A stretch of DNA of 20,000 nt from an uncultured virus (IMG/VR IMGVR_UViG_3300044724_006669) (taxonomy: Duplodnaviria > Heunggongvirae > Uroviricota > Caudoviricetes). How positions within the stretch are numbered: position 1 is the first letter of the stretch; every line of letters starts with the position of its first letter. The notes beneath the pieces were generated by a model, which saw only the letters and a list, made by a program, of their open reading frames with translations, did not search any database and was not told the DNA's origin. The stretch is taken from positions 51,519-71,518 of IMG/VR virus record IMGVR_UViG_3300044724_006669; one strand, written 5' to 3'. Position numbers and translations under genes: made by a program. Positions 16,839 to 20,000 of the stretch are shown one piece after another.

Positions 16839-17852
16839 ATGGGTTTGTTTAAGAAAGCTCTGGTGTTCACAGACATACACTTTGGCATGAAAAGCAATAG
16901 CATCATGCATAACCAGGACTGTGAAAACTTTGTAGAGTGGGCAGTACAACAGGGTAAGATACACAACTGTGAAACTGCTATCTTCATGGGCGACTGGCAT
17001 CATCATAGAGCAAGCCTAAGTTTACAAACCATGAGCCACAGTCTACGTGCTTTAGAAAATCTTTCACGTAGTTTTGACATCACCTACTTTATTACTGGCA
17101 ATCACGACTTGTATTATCGAGACAAACGTGACATATACAGTTTTGAATGGGCCAAGCACATACCAAATCTAAAAATATGCAACGACTGGTTTGAACAGGA
17201 TGATGTAATACTTGTTCCTTGGCTAGTCGGAGATGATCACAAACAGATTAAGACTGCAAGTGCTCAGTACATGTTTGGACACTTTGAACTTCCACACTTT
17301 AAAATGAATGCAATGGTAGAGATGCCCGATCATGGAGAAATCAAATCAGAACACTTCCAACAGTATGGCACTGTGTTCAGTGGACACTTTCATTTGCGTC
17401 AACAGAAAAACAACATCAACTATATTGGCAATGCATTTCCGCACAACTTCTCAGATGCAGGCGATGATCAGCGTGGTTGCATGATACTTGAATGGGGCAA
17501 AGAGCCAGAATACATTGCTTGGCCAGATCAACCATTGTACAAAGTGCTTGACTTGTCGCAGGTAATCGATTATGCTGACACAATACTAAAACCAAACATG
17601 CATGTTAGAGTGAACTTGGATATAGAAATATCCTATGAAGAGGCAAACTATATCAAAGAACAGTTTGCAACCAAATATAACCTACGTGAAATGGCGCTTA
17701 TACCAAACAAACGCAGTGCATTAGAAGAAGAAATGCAACCAGGCGATATTAAATTTGAAAGTGTCGATCAGATTGTTACTGAACAAATCATAAACATTGA
17801 CTCAGAGTTCTATGACAACAAACTATTGCTGGAGATTTACAGGAGTTTATAA
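16839..17852 (+). CDS. gp47: Recombination endonuclease subunit, gp47 / Mre11-SbcD metallophosphoesterase (337 aa)
   Basis: Phosphoesterase motifs 'FTDIHFG', 'MGDWHH', 'TGNHD', 'FGHFE', 'FSGHFH', 'YIGNAF'. Confidence 0.93.
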   Translation: MGLFKKALVFTDIHFGMKSNSIMHNQDCENFVEWAVQQGKIHNCETAIFMGDWHHHRASLSLQTMSHSLRALENLSRSFDITYFITGNHDLYYRDKRDIYSFEWAKHIPNLKICNDWFEQDDVILVPWLVGDDHKQIKTASAQYMFGHFELPHFKMNAMVEMPDHGEIKSEHFQQYGTVFSGHFHLRQQKNNINYIGNAFPHNFSDAGDDQRGCMILEWGKEPEYIAWPDQPLYKVLDLSQVIDYADTILKPNMHVRVNLDIEISYEEANYIKEQFATKYNLREMALIPNKRSALEEEMQPGDIKFESVDQIVTEQIINIDSEFYDNKLLLEIYRSL

Positions 17853-19396
17853 TGGATCTGTTATCTTATGTTGACAAAGACATAGAGGTAGTTGGTACCG
17901 TTGAATTTGATGCTGGTTCAGAACAACTTAAGAAACAGTTACTTGCATTACGGAAAGACACTTTTAAACTAAACGAGAGAATTGTAATAGTACAACGGAG
18001 TGTTGATTATTATCCTTTTATTGATGCATGTGGTTCAAAACTAATTGAACTACAAAAAATAGTCAATCAAGTTGATATTGGAAATTGTTTTATTTTAATC
18101 CTTACACCAAATACTAAGATACAAACTGAAATAGCAGAAGTAAACACAGTATACAGTTCTGATACAACATTGTTTACAAGTTGTGTCTATCCAGGAAACT
18201 ATAAAGTTACAGTTCCGTCGTACAAAGATACTGCATGTAAAAAACTATGGAATCATTTATATGTTGGAACAGATAGCAATGTGTTGCCGTGTTGTATTGC
18301 TGATCACAGGTATCCTCTTGGAAATATTAAAGAACAATCAATTGAGGACATACTAGATTCAAGTCAAGCACAGAACATACGACAATGGATGATTAAGGGT
18401 TATCGTACAAAATGTTGTAGTGAGTGTTACAAAAAAGAAGACAACAATTTACAAAGTATGAGGCAGAAGTTTAAACCTATTTCTGTTAGTCGGCAAAAGG
18501 TGACATTTTTAGATGTAAGACTTAATAATATCTGTAACTTCAAGTGCAGAATGTGTAGTGAATACTTCAGTAGTAGTATTCAACAAGAAACTGTTGAAAT
18601 ATTTGGCAAAGATGCAGTACTTGGTTACGAAAAAATCAGTCTCGATTCTAGCACCCGGAAAGATAGACAAAAAAACTTGGAAAAACTTAAACCTTATCTT
18701 ACCAATGATCTTGAAAAGATATATTTTGCTGGAGGAGAACCTTTAATAACAGAAGAACACTATGGTATACTTGATCAATTGATTGAAGTCAAAAATTTTG
18801 ATATTAAACTCTTGTACAATACCAATTTGAGTAAACTGACATACAAGAATAATAATATATTTGATTATTGGAAACAGTTTTCTAATATATCTGTTGGGGC
18901 AAGTATTGATGCAAGCGGTCAAGTAGCAGAATACATGCGTCACGGAACAGTATGGCAAGATATAATTGATAACATCAATGCGATTAAAAGTCACACACCA
19001 CATGTAGATCTACATATTTCTTCTACGGTAAGTTGGCCTACACTTGACAATCTAATCAAATTACAAACACACTGGATTGATACTGAGTTATTTACACCTG
19101 ATCAATTGCGAATCACTACTCTCGTTGATCCTCGTTATCTATGTGTAACTACTTTACCAGATGTACACAAAAAACATCTAACCATACAAATTAACAATCA
19201 CATTGATTACATAGGCCAATGTGAATTAGCACAAAATTGGGCTGAACTTAGAAACTTTATGAATTCAATAGATACTCAATACGAATTAAATGAATTTACA
19301 AAACGAACTGTGACACTCGATAAACACAGAAATGAATCTTTTTCCATGATCTTTCCGCAGTTTAAGGCTTTGTTTTCAATTGCAAATAAGACATAA
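17852..19396 (+). CDS. Radical SAM protein with N-terminal SPASM/twitch-type domain and an extra ~125-aa N-terminal domain (514 aa)
   Basis: CxxxCxxC 'CNFKCRMC' and 'FAGGEP', 'YNTN', 'SIDA..YMRHG'. Upstream Cys cluster 'CKKLWNHLYVGTDSNVLPCC...LGNIKEQSIEDI...CCSEC'. The start overlaps the gp47 stop (TAATG). Confidence 0.88.
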   Translation: MDLLSYVDKDIEVVGTVEFDAGSEQLKKQLLALRKDTFKLNERIVIVQRSVDYYPFIDACGSKLIELQKIVNQVDIGNCFILILTPNTKIQTEIAEVNTVYSSDTTLFTSCVYPGNYKVTVPSYKDTACKKLWNHLYVGTDSNVLPCCIADHRYPLGNIKEQSIEDILDSSQAQNIRQWMIKGYRTKCCSECYKKEDNNLQSMRQKFKPISVSRQKVTFLDVRLNNICNFKCRMCSEYFSSSIQQETVEIFGKDAVLGYEKISLDSSTRKDRQKNLEKLKPYLTNDLEKIYFAGGEPLITEEHYGILDQLIEVKNFDIKLLYNTNLSKLTYKNNNIFDYWKQFSNISVGASIDASGQVAEYMRHGTVWQDIIDNINAIKSHTPHVDLHISSTVSWPTLDNLIKLQTHWIDTELFTPDQLRITTLVDPRYLCVTTLPDVHKKHLTIQINNHIDYIGQCELAQNWAELRNFMNSIDTQYELNEFTKRTVTLDKHRNESFSMIFPQFKALFSIANKT

Positions 19397-19408
19397 ACAT
19401 AGTATAAT
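19380..19408 (+). promoter_or_regulatory. Putative sigma70-type promoter directly before gp46
   Basis: TTGCAA (19380-19385), 17-nt spacer, perfect TATAAT (19403-19408). The ATG follows at 19414. Confidence 0.55.
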
Positions 19409-19413
19409 AAAAC

Positions 19414-20000
19414 ATGATTCAAATTAAAGACCTTACAGTTAAAAACTTTATGAGTGTGGGTAATGCTACACAGGCAATTAACTTTGATAGACAAGACCTT
19501 ACACTGGTACTTGGTGAAAACATTGACTTAGGTGGTGATGGTTCACGTAACGGAACTGGCAAGACCACAATAATCAATGCACTAAGTTATGCACTCTATG
19601 GTGAAGCACTTACAAACATACGCCGTGACAATCTCATAAACAAAACCAATTCAAAAGGCATGATGGTTAGTTTAGACTTTTGTGTTGGTGAACAATGCTA
19701 TCGTATCGAACGTGGACGTAAGCCCAATGTACTAAAGTTTTACATCAATGACAGTGAACAAGAAGCAGATGACTATGCTCAAGGTGATAGTAGAGAAACA
19801 CAAGGTGCTATACTAAAACTGTTGAGCATGAGTCACACTATGTTCAAACATCTTGTGGCACTAAACACCTACACTGAACCGTTTTTGAGTCTAAAACAAA
19901 ACGATCAAAGAGAGATAATCGAGCAACTGCTAGGAATAACACAACTCAGTGAACGTGCTGACAAGATCAAAGAACTTAGCAAACGCACACGTGATGATAT
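19414..20000 (+). CDS. gp46: Recombination ATPase subunit, gp46 / Rad50-SbcC family; truncated by window end
   Basis: Not in the ORF track. Manual translation gives MIQIKDLTVKNFMSVGNATQAINFDRQDLTLVLGENIDLGGDGSRNGTGKTTIINALSYALYG...NLINKTN...YRIERGRKPN...REIIEQLLGI, with the SMC-type 'KNFMSVG' and Walker A 'NGTGKTT'. Open to base 20000. Confidence 0.93.
   Translation, partial: MIQIKDLTVKNFMSVGNATQAINFDRQDLTLVLGENIDLGGDGSRNGTGKTTIINALSYALYGEALTNIRRDNLINKTNSKGMMVSLDFCVGEQCYRIERGRKPNVLKFYINDSEQEADDYAQGDSRETQGAILKLLSMSHTMFKHLVALNTYTEPFLSLKQNDQREIIEQLLGITQLSERADKIKELSKRTRDD

Noticed and set aside
1..20000. Stop-codon reassignment, introns/inteins, tRNAs, DGR or retron elements
   Set aside because: Genes tile the window at full length under the standard code, with TAA and TAG both used as stops. 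Intergenic gaps are tiny, and no reverse transcriptase, homing endonuclease, intein motif or cloverleaf was seen.

Overview
AT-rich segment of a large (probably jumbo) contractile-tailed dsDNA phage distantly related to T4-like myoviruses. The left 15.8 kb is a minus-strand baseplate operon. In transcription order it encodes: a tube-initiator (gp48/gp54-like) protein with a ~600-aa acidic repeat extension, a gp53/LysM-like protein, a gp27/GpD-like hub, a gp5/VgrG-like spike, gp25, a gp6-like wedge, and a giant wedge-type protein that runs off the left edge and is missing from the ORF track. A 106-bp divergent control region (15834-15939) separates it from a plus-strand block: a gp55-like late sigma factor with a large insertion, gp47 (Mre11/SbcD-like), an inserted SPASM/twitch radical SAM gene, and gp46 (Rad50/SbcC-like, truncated at the right edge). 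The most unusual points are the nested acidic VDDF repeat domain, an E[DE]PGLDAFG motif shared by two neighbouring baseplate proteins, an apparently non-catalytic lysozyme-like domain on the spike, the NCR-position insertion in the late sigma, and a low-GC radical SAM gene splitting gp47/gp46, followed by an apparently leaderless promoter. All family assignments come from motif recognition by eye; no database searches were run.
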